The position numbers were made by a program, and so were the translations under genes. Below, piece after piece: positions 29,027 through 37,627 of a DNA stretch of 41,457 nt. A model generated the notes under the pieces. That model was not told the origin of the DNA and made no database searches. It was given only the letters and a program-made list of their open reading frames with translations. The DNA is taken from contig JBHLLF010000024.1 of NCBI GenBank assembly GCA_048885865.1, positions 1 through 41,457 on the forward strand, written 5' to 3'. Source of the DNA: Candidatus Hermodarchaeota archaeon. Its GTDB lineage: Archaea; Asgardarchaeota; Thorarchaeia; Thorarchaeales; Thorarchaeaceae. Each line of letters opens with the position of its first letter. The first letter of the stretch is position 1.

Positions 29027-30418
29027 CTACATGCCTCCTACGGGAATACTACGAATTCTGGCATGAGGGCCTCCACTCATGTCAGGTATCATCTGCCCGT
29101 TCTTCCCGCAAGACCCTGCATCCATGTAGAAGTCATTGCCGACTGCATCTATCTTTGCCAATACATCAAGAATCTGCCCAGCAAGAGAAACATCGCGGAC
29201 CATTTGGCCAAGCTCTCCATTCTCAATCAGATAGCCATGACTGGCTTGAAACATGAATTGCCCTTTTGAGGGCTCTGTATATCCATAGTTGAAGCTACAG
29301 AGCAACACACCTTCCTTTGTTTCTGAAATCATCTCGTTGACGTCCCAGTCACCTGGCTCCATGATTGTGTTTGACATCCTGGCCAACGGAGCGTACATGA
29401 ATGACTGTGCTCTTGCAGAGCCATTTGGTTGCATGTCTAGACGGACTGCCGTTTCAAGGGTATGCAGAAGCTCGGTGAGAACGCCATCCTTGACAAGAGT
29501 TCGCTTCTTCGTCTTTGTACCCTCCCAGTCATATTCGAACGACCCCCGCTCTCCGGGCATAGTAGGGTCGTCGCTCAGATTGAGGTGATCAGGGCCAACA
29601 CAATCTCCGACCATGTCCTCGAGAACGGTTGTGTGAGCTGGCCAGTTGTCTGCTTCACAGGCATGACCAAATGCCTCATGGACCATTACGCCGTTCAGCA
29701 CTGGGTCCATGATGACATCGTAGGTGCCTCCCTTTGCAGCTACGGATGAGAGTAGATCGATTGCCATTTTTGCAGATTCTTCGCCGATGGTCTGCGGCCG
29801 TTCTATCTCCATCATTTCAAAACCACCCTTGACCCCGTAGGACTTGAACGCCCGTTGTCTGTTAGCACCATCTTTGGCAGTTGAGACAGAGATTACTCGA
29901 GGAAGTGCATTCTCCTCGCTCACTGTTGTCCCCAGGGAATTTGCGACATATAGCTCGGTCCAGAGGTCACCATATACAGAGCGGGTGTTGACTATCCTCT
30001 TGTCATAGGCACGAGGCTGCTCATCAATTCTCTTGATATACTCAATCTTGTCCTCAACCGGAATGTCCTTGAAGGGCTTCTTCAGCTTGACTCTAACCTT
30101 GTCATTGAAGGTAGGCCCATCCATCTCAAACTTCTCATTGACCTTTGTCTTGGTAGCTATTGCTAGCTTTGCCACTGATTCACCTGTTTCACGCATACCG
30201 TTAACGGTAAGGTCAGTTGTTTGAGCAAAGGCCCAAGCACCATCAATGAACGCTCGAATCCCAGCCCCCTTCAGTCGTGAAGCAATGGACCTCTTTGTAA
30301 CACCATCCGTCATCTCAATGATTGTGGTGACGGTGTTCTCTATTCGCACATCAGCAAATGTTGCGCCAGTGTTGATAGCCGCCTCAATTGCAGCCTGAGC
30401 TATGTCTTCCATAGGCAT
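29027..30418 (-). CDS. tldD: TldD metalloprotease
   Basis: VHEAFGHACEAD, ARMSNT and CGKNGQ...GGPH motifs. Confidence 0.92.
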   Translation of the reverse strand: MPMEDIAQAAIEAAINTGATFADVRIENTVTTIIEMTDGVTKRSIASRLKGAGIRAFIDGAWAFAQTTDLTVNGMRETGESVAKLAIATKTKVNEKFEMDGPTFNDKVRVKLKKPFKDIPVEDKIEYIKRIDEQPRAYDKRIVNTRSVYGDLWTELYVANSLGTTVSEENALPRVISVSTAKDGANRQRAFKSYGVKGGFEMMEIERPQTIGEESAKMAIDLLSSVAAKGGTYDVIMDPVLNGVMVHEAFGHACEADNWPAHTTVLEDMVGDCVGPDHLNLSDDPTMPGERGSFEYDWEGTKTKKRTLVKDGVLTELLHTLETAVRLDMQPNGSARAQSFMYAPLARMSNTIMEPGDWDVNEMISETKEGVLLCSFNYGYTEPSKGQFMFQASHGYLIENGELGQMVRDVSLAGQILDVLAKIDAVGNDFYMDAGSCGKNGQMIPDMSGGPHARIRSIPVGGM

Positions 30419-30571
30419 CTCCTGACAGGTTTTTGCTGATGTTCAATCTATTATAACTGATATGGACTGGTCAAATCCTCTCGGTGAAACTCTATGTAAC
30501 TAATACCCGAGTGATACACGGGTTATTCTTGGATTCCTCATGTTACTTCATAGTCTGCAGGAGGTATACAC

Positions 30572-32143
30572 TTGACTCTAGACTCCTCATCTCATCGCTG
30601 TCCTGTCTGTCAAAGAAACAGAGCCAGTCACTTGTGTGAAGATTGTGGGACGGTGCTTTGCTCAGAGTGCCTTGACTCAAGAACCAAAGAGTATCATATG
30701 TGCCGTGACTGTCACGCAACGTTGACCACGTTGCAAGGCGAAGAGATAGAAAGCTGTCCTGAGTGCGAATCTGAGAACATTGACGCAGGTAGACGCACAG
30801 CTGACATTTGTCCTCGATGCCACTCAAGTCACATAATCCTATTGGAGGAAAGACGACGAACTCTGGCGCAAGAGCTTAGGCAAGCCATCATGAGCATTCA
30901 GTACGGTCATACCAAATTGCGAGAGTTCATGACCAAGCTTGATAATGCCAAAAGAACGCTTGTATCCCTCAGGATGGCTAACTTCTTACATTATCATTGG
31001 ATAGAGGAGAAAGTCGAGTCAGTGCAGGATGAGATGCCAGCAATCAAGAGCCGAATTGGAAACCAAGCAGAGATAGTAGCAAAGCAAATCGCTGCTGAAA
31101 CAAAAGGCCTCATTGACTATAGCAAGTGGACTCCTGCTCAGTTCCCGTTCATTGAAGGTGTCAGAAATAGAGTATCAGAGCTCGGGACATACTACAAGCA
31201 ACACGTCGACGATAGCCTTGATGAGGTCAGACCAAGACTGAAGGAAGTAATGGCTCAGCTCGATGGTCTGAGCTATCATAGGAAGGAATTCGCAGAGTTC
31301 TATGAACATGGTGAACTCTCTGTCAATGAATTGCCTGTAGCTGCTCTGCCGGACATCAAGGTTGTAGGTAGCAACTTCTTGAAAAATGACAAAGCCTACG
31401 GTACACTCTTCATCACTAACAAGAGGCTATTCCTAGTGGCTGAAACGGGATTACTACGCAAGAAGACTGAGATTGTATTTCAGTTCCCACTGATGTATTT
31501 GAAAGATATCGAAGAAGATGGCCGACTTCGCAAGAGAATTGTGTTGCGACTCAAACAAGGCGATTTGAAGATCTCCTGCAGCGAGGAAACAAAGAAGGTC
31601 ATGCCAGATTACTTTGAGATTGCGAGGAAGTTTGAGAAGTATATGCAGAGTGATCTTCAGAGAGTTCGAAAAATAGAACAGAAGAACCTCAATATTAGCG
31701 ATGTTAGACTCAAGATAGAGGGATTGGTATACTCATTGCTCTCCGCAACTGGCAATGCCTCAGAAGTGCAGCAAAGATATCCTGGGAGAACTGATTTCTA
31801 TCAACCACGACCAGTTCCATCAAGATATGGGCGAATTGAGAATCCCTATAACCATCCTAAAGCGTTCAAGGAGCATCTTGAGGACACTCTTGGACGGGCG
31901 GATTATGGACGAGGATACTATCGAGACCCTTCATATCCAACTCCCGAATCTGATATAGAATGTCTCAGGAGAAACGCAATAGAGATTCAGAATGCGATTA
32001 ACGAAACTCTACATCTAATGAGAAACGGGCATTTGGTCCCTGAAGACTTCATCAGAAGATATCGGGGTCTCATGCGGGACTCATATCAGACCAATCGTGA
32101 AATCGAGAGAGCAACAAGGCATGGTCATGGGTACGGATGGTAG
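30572..32143 (+). CDS. Multi-zinc-finger / helical stalk / GLUE-GRAM-like PH / steadiness-box-like protein (putative ESCRT-I adaptor)
   Basis: TTG start after GGAGGT; six CxxC pairs in aa 10-83; GTLFITNKRL; C-terminal NAIEIQNAINETLHLMRNGHLVPEDFIRRYRGL. Confidence 0.7.
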   Translation: MTLDSSSHRCPVCQRNRASHLCEDCGTVLCSECLDSRTKEYHMCRDCHATLTTLQGEEIESCPECESENIDAGRRTADICPRCHSSHIILLEERRRTLAQELRQAIMSIQYGHTKLREFMTKLDNAKRTLVSLRMANFLHYHWIEEKVESVQDEMPAIKSRIGNQAEIVAKQIAAETKGLIDYSKWTPAQFPFIEGVRNRVSELGTYYKQHVDDSLDEVRPRLKEVMAQLDGLSYHRKEFAEFYEHGELSVNELPVAALPDIKVVGSNFLKNDKAYGTLFITNKRLFLVAETGLLRKKTEIVFQFPLMYLKDIEEDGRLRKRIVLRLKQGDLKISCSEETKKVMPDYFEIARKFEKYMQSDLQRVRKIEQKNLNISDVRLKIEGLVYSLLSATGNASEVQQRYPGRTDFYQPRPVPSRYGRIENPYNHPKAFKEHLEDTLGRADYGRGYYRDPSYPTPESDIECLRRNAIEIQNAINETLHLMRNGHLVPEDFIRRYRGLMRDSYQTNREIERATRHGHGYGW

Positions 32144-32767
32144 CTAGATGCCCAGTTCGCGCTCTAGGTCCTTGATGTCTTTCTCAAGGGTTTCCGATTC
32201 AGAGGCAGGCCTAGCTGCCACGGATGCCGCATCAGCTAATCCGACTTCCACATCGATCTCCTGCATGGCTGCAGCTAAATCATCTGAACTGACTTCCATG
32301 CTTGCATCAAGTGCCTCTGCAGATATAGCGCTCTCAATCTCAAATTCGTCTAGTCGACGAGTAATCTCATCAACATTCTCAACGAGCTTTCGGGTGTCAC
32401 TTGTATCGCCAAGCATTCCGAGAATCTTTGCAACCTCCTCGAGTGCGCGGCCTGTTCTTGCCGATGTCTGTGCACGATTGAGATGAGTAAGGATCTTGAG
32501 AATCTGAAGCCTTGCCTTGTCTGTAGAGAGCGCATATCTTCTGAAACGTACCATCTCAGTTGCATAGGTCTTGAAGGCATCCATTTGTCCAGCTTGCCGG
32601 GCTTTGATAGCTCGCGCTCTTGTGTCACGTTCTTCTTTCTCAAGCTTGTTTCGTTCACGAGCAAGTTGCTTCGTTAGAATCCTGAGTTGGCTGGAAACCT
32701 CTCCAATGTCGGGTTTTTTCCGACCCCATCTGAATGCCTTTCTGAGTGAATCCAAAAGTCTCACCAC
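32144..32767 (-). CDS. ESCRT-III subunit, Vps2/Vps24/Vps46 (CHMP1-3) class
   Basis: Basic helical N-half (QLARERNKLEKEE...AIKARQAGQMDAFKTYATEMVRFRR), acidic C-half, MIM1-like tail LEKDIKDLERELG; lies next to vps4. Confidence 0.88.
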   Translation of the reverse strand: MVRLLDSLRKAFRWGRKKPDIGEVSSQLRILTKQLARERNKLEKEERDTRARAIKARQAGQMDAFKTYATEMVRFRRYALSTDKARLQILKILTHLNRAQTSARTGRALEEVAKILGMLGDTSDTRKLVENVDEITRRLDEFEIESAISAEALDASMEVSSDDLAAAMQEIDVEVGLADAASVAARPASESETLEKDIKDLERELGI

Positions 32768-32928
32768 TTAGCTAGGGACTTCGCCCCACAACACTAGGAT
32801 GAATGCTCAGCGTTTAAACCTTCGTAGAGCTGGTGTACTGCATCTATTAATCCCAGTATTAGCGGGCATATAGTGATAGTCACACAGAACTTATTATCAT
32901 CACTGGTCCCAGTTAGACCTGAACAGGG

Positions 32929-34152
32929 ATGTCTGATAGATTAGACCAAGGCCTGAAGAACCTACTTGACAAGGCCATAGAGCTTGACCAGAGAGGAATG
33001 AAGAAGGAAGCTGCTCAGTACTATCTGAAAGCAAGCAAAATTCTGATCAAACTGTCAAATGCAGCATCTCTGCCCTCAGTCCAGAAACATTACCTTGACA
33101 GGGCACAAGAGTGTGTTGACAGAGTCCGCTATATCTCTGGAATAAAGAAGAAGGCGAGAGGCCCTCCAGATGGTTTGACAACTCCGCCAGTGTTTTCTCC
33201 TGCTGAAGCAGAGCCAACAGCGGAAAAGTCTACGGAAGCAACAGCATCTGAGGCTGAGGTTGACGAGGATACCCGAAGACTGCAGGAGATGATAGCTGAC
33301 ACAATCATCACTGAGAGACCCAAAGTCAAGATGAGCGACGTTGCAGGCTTGGAGAATGCCAAGCAGGCAATTCATGATGCGATTATTGCGCCAATGAAGC
33401 ATCCAGAGCTATTCAAAGGGAAGTCTCGTCAGCCTTGGAGAGGAATATTGTTCTACGGTCCTGCGGGATGTGGAAAGACATTGATTGCAAAAGCGGTGGC
33501 ATCCGAGGTGAATGCCACTTTCTTCAACGTTTCAGCAGGCAACATTGTAAGCAAGTGGCTTGGTGAGTCTGAGAAACTAGTCATGAATCTCTTCACGTTG
33601 GCCAGACGAAATCAGCCGGCCATAGTCTTCATGGATGAGCTGGATTCTGTCGGAGTCTCTAGATCTGGTGATGACGTTGGAGGAGAAAGAAGACTCAAGA
33701 CTCAGCTTCTAACAGAACTGCAGGGACTCGCCAGTGATCTTGAAGATAGGGTCACAGTTATTGGCGCAACGAATCTCCCATGGGAATTGGATTTCGCTCT
33801 TCGGTCAAGGTTTGAGAAGAAGATTCACGTGCCGCTCCCAGACAAGCCAGCTAGAAAGCGAATCTTCGAGATCCACATGGAAGAGATAGATGTCGCTCCC
33901 GAAGTCAACTATGAGGAGCTTGCGGACCTCAGTGAGGGCTACAGTGGACGCGATATCAGTGTTGTCTGTAGAGAAGCAGCCATGGAGCCAATAAGGGACC
34001 TACAGCGTATTGGAAGAATGGATGATGAAGAAGAGATCATAGATATTCGACCTGTATCCAGAGAGGATTTCCTGCAGGCGATTGAGAACATAAGGCCAGC
34101 AACTTCTCCAGAGGATGTTAAGAGGTATATCGATTGGGCGGAGGGTTCCTAG
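32929..34152 (+). CDS. vps4: Vps4 AAA+ ATPase with N-terminal MIT domain
   Basis: MIT (KAIELD...EAAQYY...YLDRAQE), DVAGLENAK, PWRGILFYGPAGCGKT, SKWLGESEK, FMDE, ATNLPWELD. Confidence 0.93.
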   Translation: MSDRLDQGLKNLLDKAIELDQRGMKKEAAQYYLKASKILIKLSNAASLPSVQKHYLDRAQECVDRVRYISGIKKKARGPPDGLTTPPVFSPAEAEPTAEKSTEATASEAEVDEDTRRLQEMIADTIITERPKVKMSDVAGLENAKQAIHDAIIAPMKHPELFKGKSRQPWRGILFYGPAGCGKTLIAKAVASEVNATFFNVSAGNIVSKWLGESEKLVMNLFTLARRNQPAIVFMDELDSVGVSRSGDDVGGERRLKTQLLTELQGLASDLEDRVTVIGATNLPWELDFALRSRFEKKIHVPLPDKPARKRIFEIHMEEIDVAPEVNYEELADLSEGYSGRDISVVCREAAMEPIRDLQRIGRMDDEEEIIDIRPVSREDFLQAIENIRPATSPEDVKRYIDWAEGS

Positions 34153-34155
34153 GTA

Positions 34156-34878
34156 GTGGGCGTCAGAGAACGACGTAGGGAGAAGGAGAAGGAAAAGACT
34201 ACGTCAGAAACCTCAACAACAGAACCCACACTAGATGAAGTAATTCCTGTCGAAGAGATTGAAGAAGTAGAGGAAATCCACAAGCCAGAAGTTGTTGCTA
34301 CGCAAGTGGAAACAGATACTGCTGTCGAAGATACTGTAGAAGCCGAGGAGGTTCTAGTCGAAACGGAAGAAGTTGTAATCATGCCTCCCTGGGGAGATCT
34401 TACACAGACAGAGTGGATGTATGGTATACCTCCTCGAGAAGAAGACAGAAACATGTGGGCTGAAGAGTGGTCTGATTTCGTTCTTAGATGGATGGAAGCC
34501 CATGATGTCCATGTCCTATCTGTGACCGCCTTCATCAAGGAGCCCCCCTTCAATGATATCACGAATAAGATTGATTCTTTCAAGTTAATTGGCAATGTGC
34601 TTGTTGAGAAGGAAATTGCAGAATGGTTGGATAGAAACCAAAGACAATTGCGAGTCTACTGGAGATTCCTTGAGGAATGGGCGGACATTATCTATGAATG
34701 GGCTTTGAAGTCAGGAAAGGTCAGACTAGATGTGAAATCAATAGTCATTCAGGAAGAGGAGTATAGCTTCGCTAGACTGCCAGAGAAGGACCTTCATCAG
34801 ATACTCCTAATAATGGTAGAGAAAGGACTTGCAGACTGGGTGGACAAGAAGAGAGGGGCAATCAAAATCATCGTTTAA
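34156..34878 (+). CDS. vps25: ESCRT-II Vps25-like protein with acidic N-terminal extension
   Basis: WAEEWSDFVLRW and VYWRFLEEWADIIYEWA match Vps25 motifs; two wH domains; begins 3 bp after the vps4 stop. Confidence 0.85.
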   Translation: MGVRERRREKEKEKTTSETSTTEPTLDEVIPVEEIEEVEEIHKPEVVATQVETDTAVEDTVEAEEVLVETEEVVIMPPWGDLTQTEWMYGIPPREEDRNMWAEEWSDFVLRWMEAHDVHVLSVTAFIKEPPFNDITNKIDSFKLIGNVLVEKEIAEWLDRNQRQLRVYWRFLEEWADIIYEWALKSGKVRLDVKSIVIQEEEYSFARLPEKDLHQILLIMVEKGLADWVDKKRGAIKIIV

Positions 34879-34879
34879 C

Positions 34880-35653
34880 TCAACGTCGTGAAATAGATCC
34901 ACCATCGTCATGTTCCCTGGCACGCAGACCTGGGAAGTAGTATCTGCCCCCAGTTGAGAATCGAATGTCTGCAACAGCCATGCCGGCATCTACTAGACTG
35001 GAAAGAACTTGCCTTGCATGATCCTCGGACCATTTCATGAGCATCATTACTTCTTCAACGGAAACATAGCCCTTTGATGCAGCGAGGTTGACTACATCCG
35101 CCTGATCCCTCCTGAGCTCAAGCGGTCTAAGCTCTACTACCTTCACACCTCCGCGCAGCGTTCGAATACCAGGGATTAATCCGTGCTCAGCTACACGGTT
35201 GACAGCCTCGATTACATCACTGTAGCTTATTGCCTTTAGCTCAGGCATACGCTTCACAACTTCAACAATCAGCTCAGCCAGTCCCATAAGCCCCTTGGAA
35301 GCATGTACCGTTGCAACATCAAGGATTGCGAGACCAATGTGATCATAGTATTCATCCGTTGTCATGCCGTCGCCACGGAAACGGTTCTCACGACGGGATA
35401 GGTCCAGTAGCATTATAGCATCGGGGAATCTTTCTGCAACACGTTCAGTCTGAATGAAAGTGCCGAAATCTAGACCGATGCGCTTCAGGTCTGCAATGTT
35501 CGCCTTTACCTCACTGGCCAATGCTTCCGACTCCCTCTGATATGATCTGATGTCGACTATACCCAAGTCGAACATCTTCTTCAGCTGGTCAAGTGTCGCT
35601 ATTGAGGCGAAGAGTTCAGATTGGAGACGTTCTTGCATCGCAGAGACCTTCAC
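34880..35653 (-). CDS. Vps28-N-terminal-like domain fused to Vps22/Vps36 (EAP30) tandem winged helices
   Basis: aa 10-85 SELFASIATLDQLKKMFDLGIVDIRSYQRESEAL...FPDA; aa 100-245 DEYYDHIG...ISYSDVIEAV...PLELRRDQ...KGYVS...WSEDHA...YYFPGL. Confidence 0.8.
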   Translation of the reverse strand: MKVSAMQERLQSELFASIATLDQLKKMFDLGIVDIRSYQRESEALASEVKANIADLKRIGLDFGTFIQTERVAERFPDAIMLLDLSRRENRFRGDGMTTDEYYDHIGLAILDVATVHASKGLMGLAELIVEVVKRMPELKAISYSDVIEAVNRVAEHGLIPGIRTLRGGVKVVELRPLELRRDQADVVNLAASKGYVSVEEVMMLMKWSEDHARQVLSSLVDAGMAVADIRFSTGGRYYFPGLRAREHDDGGSISRR

Positions 35654-35733
35654 TCAAGTGTTTGGTCCAGAATGGACTATTGATTGAGAATGGTCTACTG
35701 CTACTATAAGAGAGAGTATTATCAGGTATGTTT

Positions 35734-35763
35734 GAGAAAGAATAGGGAGGGCACACTGCCCTC
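35734..35763 (-). terminator. 7-bp stem-loop followed by a pyrimidine-rich tract
   Basis: GAGGGCA-CAC-TGCCCTC (35747-35763); the minus strand continues CCTATTCTTTCTC. Confidence 0.4.
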
Positions 35764-35782
35764 TGAATTGATTCGTGGGATC

Positions 35783-36001
35783 TCAGCTCTGCTTACTCGC
35801 TGCTATCTCTGATAAGAGATAGAATCCAATGAATCCACATACCAATGCTATGCCCAAGAAGAATGCAATTATGGTAGGTAGTCCCGGCATTGATGATGTA
35901 GTTGTATTGAGGTATGCAATTATCTCCGATGCAGCTACGCCAATGAAAATCGACAACAGAACCAAAGTTCCGCCCAATGATATCTTCAATCTTGTTTGCA
36001 T
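35783..36001 (-). CDS. Small 2-TM membrane protein
   Basis: ATG 36001 (MQTRLKISLGG...); two hydrophobic helices. Confidence 0.6.
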   Translation of the reverse strand: MQTRLKISLGGTLVLLSIFIGVAASEIIAYLNTTTSSMPGLPTIIAFFLGIALVCGFIGFYLLSEIAASKQS

Positions 36002-36124
36002 TAGCAATTTCACCTTACCCTGCGCGGGCTTGAATGCAGAATTTATAGCTTTGAATTGACGCAAGTAGCTGCATGTATAGTATGATTCTTTTAAGCACCG
36101 CAAATCAAGAATGTATTCTGTCAA

Positions 36125-37483
36125 TCAAGGCGTGATTCGGTCTCGGTCTCGAGGAAGAAGAGTAGCCTCGCGAACATTTTCAATCCCCAACAACTGCATA
36201 GTGAGTCGTTCAACACCGAGGCCCAATCCTCCATGTGGGGGTGCACCATACTTGAATGGGTCTAGGTAGAAAGCAAACGCGTCAGGATTGAAACCTTTGG
36301 CCCTGAATCGCTCAACCAAAAGGTCATAGATATGAATTCGCTGACCTCCCGTTGTAATCTCCATGCCTTTGTACGTCAGGTCGAAACTCTCAGTCATCCC
36401 CTCATCTGTCATACTCGGCATTGTGTATGCAGGCCTAAGCTCCAATGGGTAATGTGTCAAGAAAACCATATCAGTCCCAAATTTCTCGGGGAATATCTTT
36501 CCTAGTAGTCGCTCAGCCTCTGGGTCAATGTCATCAGTGACTGCCAGTTCTTTGCCTTCACTGTTGAGAAGGTCAATCGCTTCAGCATATTTGATTCTCT
36601 TGAAGGGCACCTTTGGTACAACCAACTCGATATCAAGAAGTTCTAGTTCGTCTGCTGCAGCCTTGGTGGTCTTCTTGAAGGAATGATTGAGCATCCTCTC
36701 TTCCATCTTCATGACATCATCCACATCGGTTATCCATGCCATCTCAAAGTCGAACGATGTATACTCATTCACATGACGTCTTGTGTTGTGTTTCTCAGCT
36801 CGAAACACTGGGGCGATTTCAAAGACCCTTCCGAATCCAGCCAGCAGCATCAGCTGTTTATAGAACTGTGGACTCTGGGCCAGGTATGCCTTCTTATCGA
36901 AGTATTTGATCTCGAACAGGTTTGCTCCTCCCTCTGTGGCTTCGGCTACAATTTTCGGAGTGTGAATCTCTACAAACCCATTTGACTCAAGATATTCCCG
37001 TGCAAATCGCACCAATGAGTGTTGAATCCGAAAGATAGCGTTGATTGAAGGCTTCCGAAGATCGAGAATTCTGTAGTTGAGACGCGTATCCAGATCAATA
37101 TCCACCTTCCCCTCTACAACATCGATTGGAAGACGCTGAGCTGTATTGATGATTCGAATCTTAGTGGGAATAATCTCAGCACCTGAAGCGACTTGCTTGG
37201 CGGCTACAACTTTGCCTGTCACAGCCACTGCAAACTCTGGTTTTAGTTGTCCAGAAACCTCAAAGACTTCCTCAGAAACCTTCGCCTGAGGAATAGTGAC
37301 TTGGCACTGGCCTTGTTCATCTCGAAGGACGAGGAACTTTATCTTCCCCTTATCACGCAGAATATGAACCCAGCCCATAACGATGACTTCCGCATCTGCA
37401 ATCTCTGCTGAAATCTCAGTGCAGAAGTGAGTACGGATTTCTTCGCCTATCGGCTCGACACCTGCATCGCTGTAGAAGTCCAT
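36125..37483 (-). CDS. aspS: Aspartyl-tRNA synthetase (archaeal type, possibly non-discriminating)
   Basis: [48 protein letters not shown] motifs. Confidence 0.95.
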   Translation of the reverse strand: MDFYSDAGVEPIGEEIRTHFCTEISAEIADAEVIVMGWVHILRDKGKIKFLVLRDEQGQCQVTIPQAKVSEEVFEVSGQLKPEFAVAVTGKVVAAKQVASGAEIIPTKIRIINTAQRLPIDVVEGKVDIDLDTRLNYRILDLRKPSINAIFRIQHSLVRFAREYLESNGFVEIHTPKIVAEATEGGANLFEIKYFDKKAYLAQSPQFYKQLMLLAGFGRVFEIAPVFRAEKHNTRRHVNEYTSFDFEMAWITDVDDVMKMEERMLNHSFKKTTKAAADELELLDIELVVPKVPFKRIKYAEAIDLLNSEGKELAVTDDIDPEAERLLGKIFPEKFGTDMVFLTHYPLELRPAYTMPSMTDEGMTESFDLTYKGMEITTGGQRIHIYDLLVERFRAKGFNPDAFAFYLDPFKYGAPPHGGLGLGVERLTMQLLGIENVREATLLPRDRDRITP

Positions 37484-37627
37484 CTGATATCGCCTCAGTA
37501 TTCCAGAACAGAATCCTCCATGATTTCATTATGAGGCTTTTGGCACAAGTGTCGGAAAGCAGTTCAAGAAATCCGAAACGACATCTCCGAGCAAGCCTCA
37601 GAGATATCGTTCCTTTTACATACTAGC

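Noticed and set aside
27676-30418. TldD/PmbA as part of the ESCRT system or a RiPP cluster
   Set aside because: A widespread housekeeping pair, divergently oriented from the ESCRT locus, with no precursor peptide or YcaO seen; adjacency alone is insufficient.
34149-34595. 148-aa Ser/Thr-rich minus-strand ORF
   Set aside because: Antisense shadow of the Glu-rich Vps25 N-terminus.
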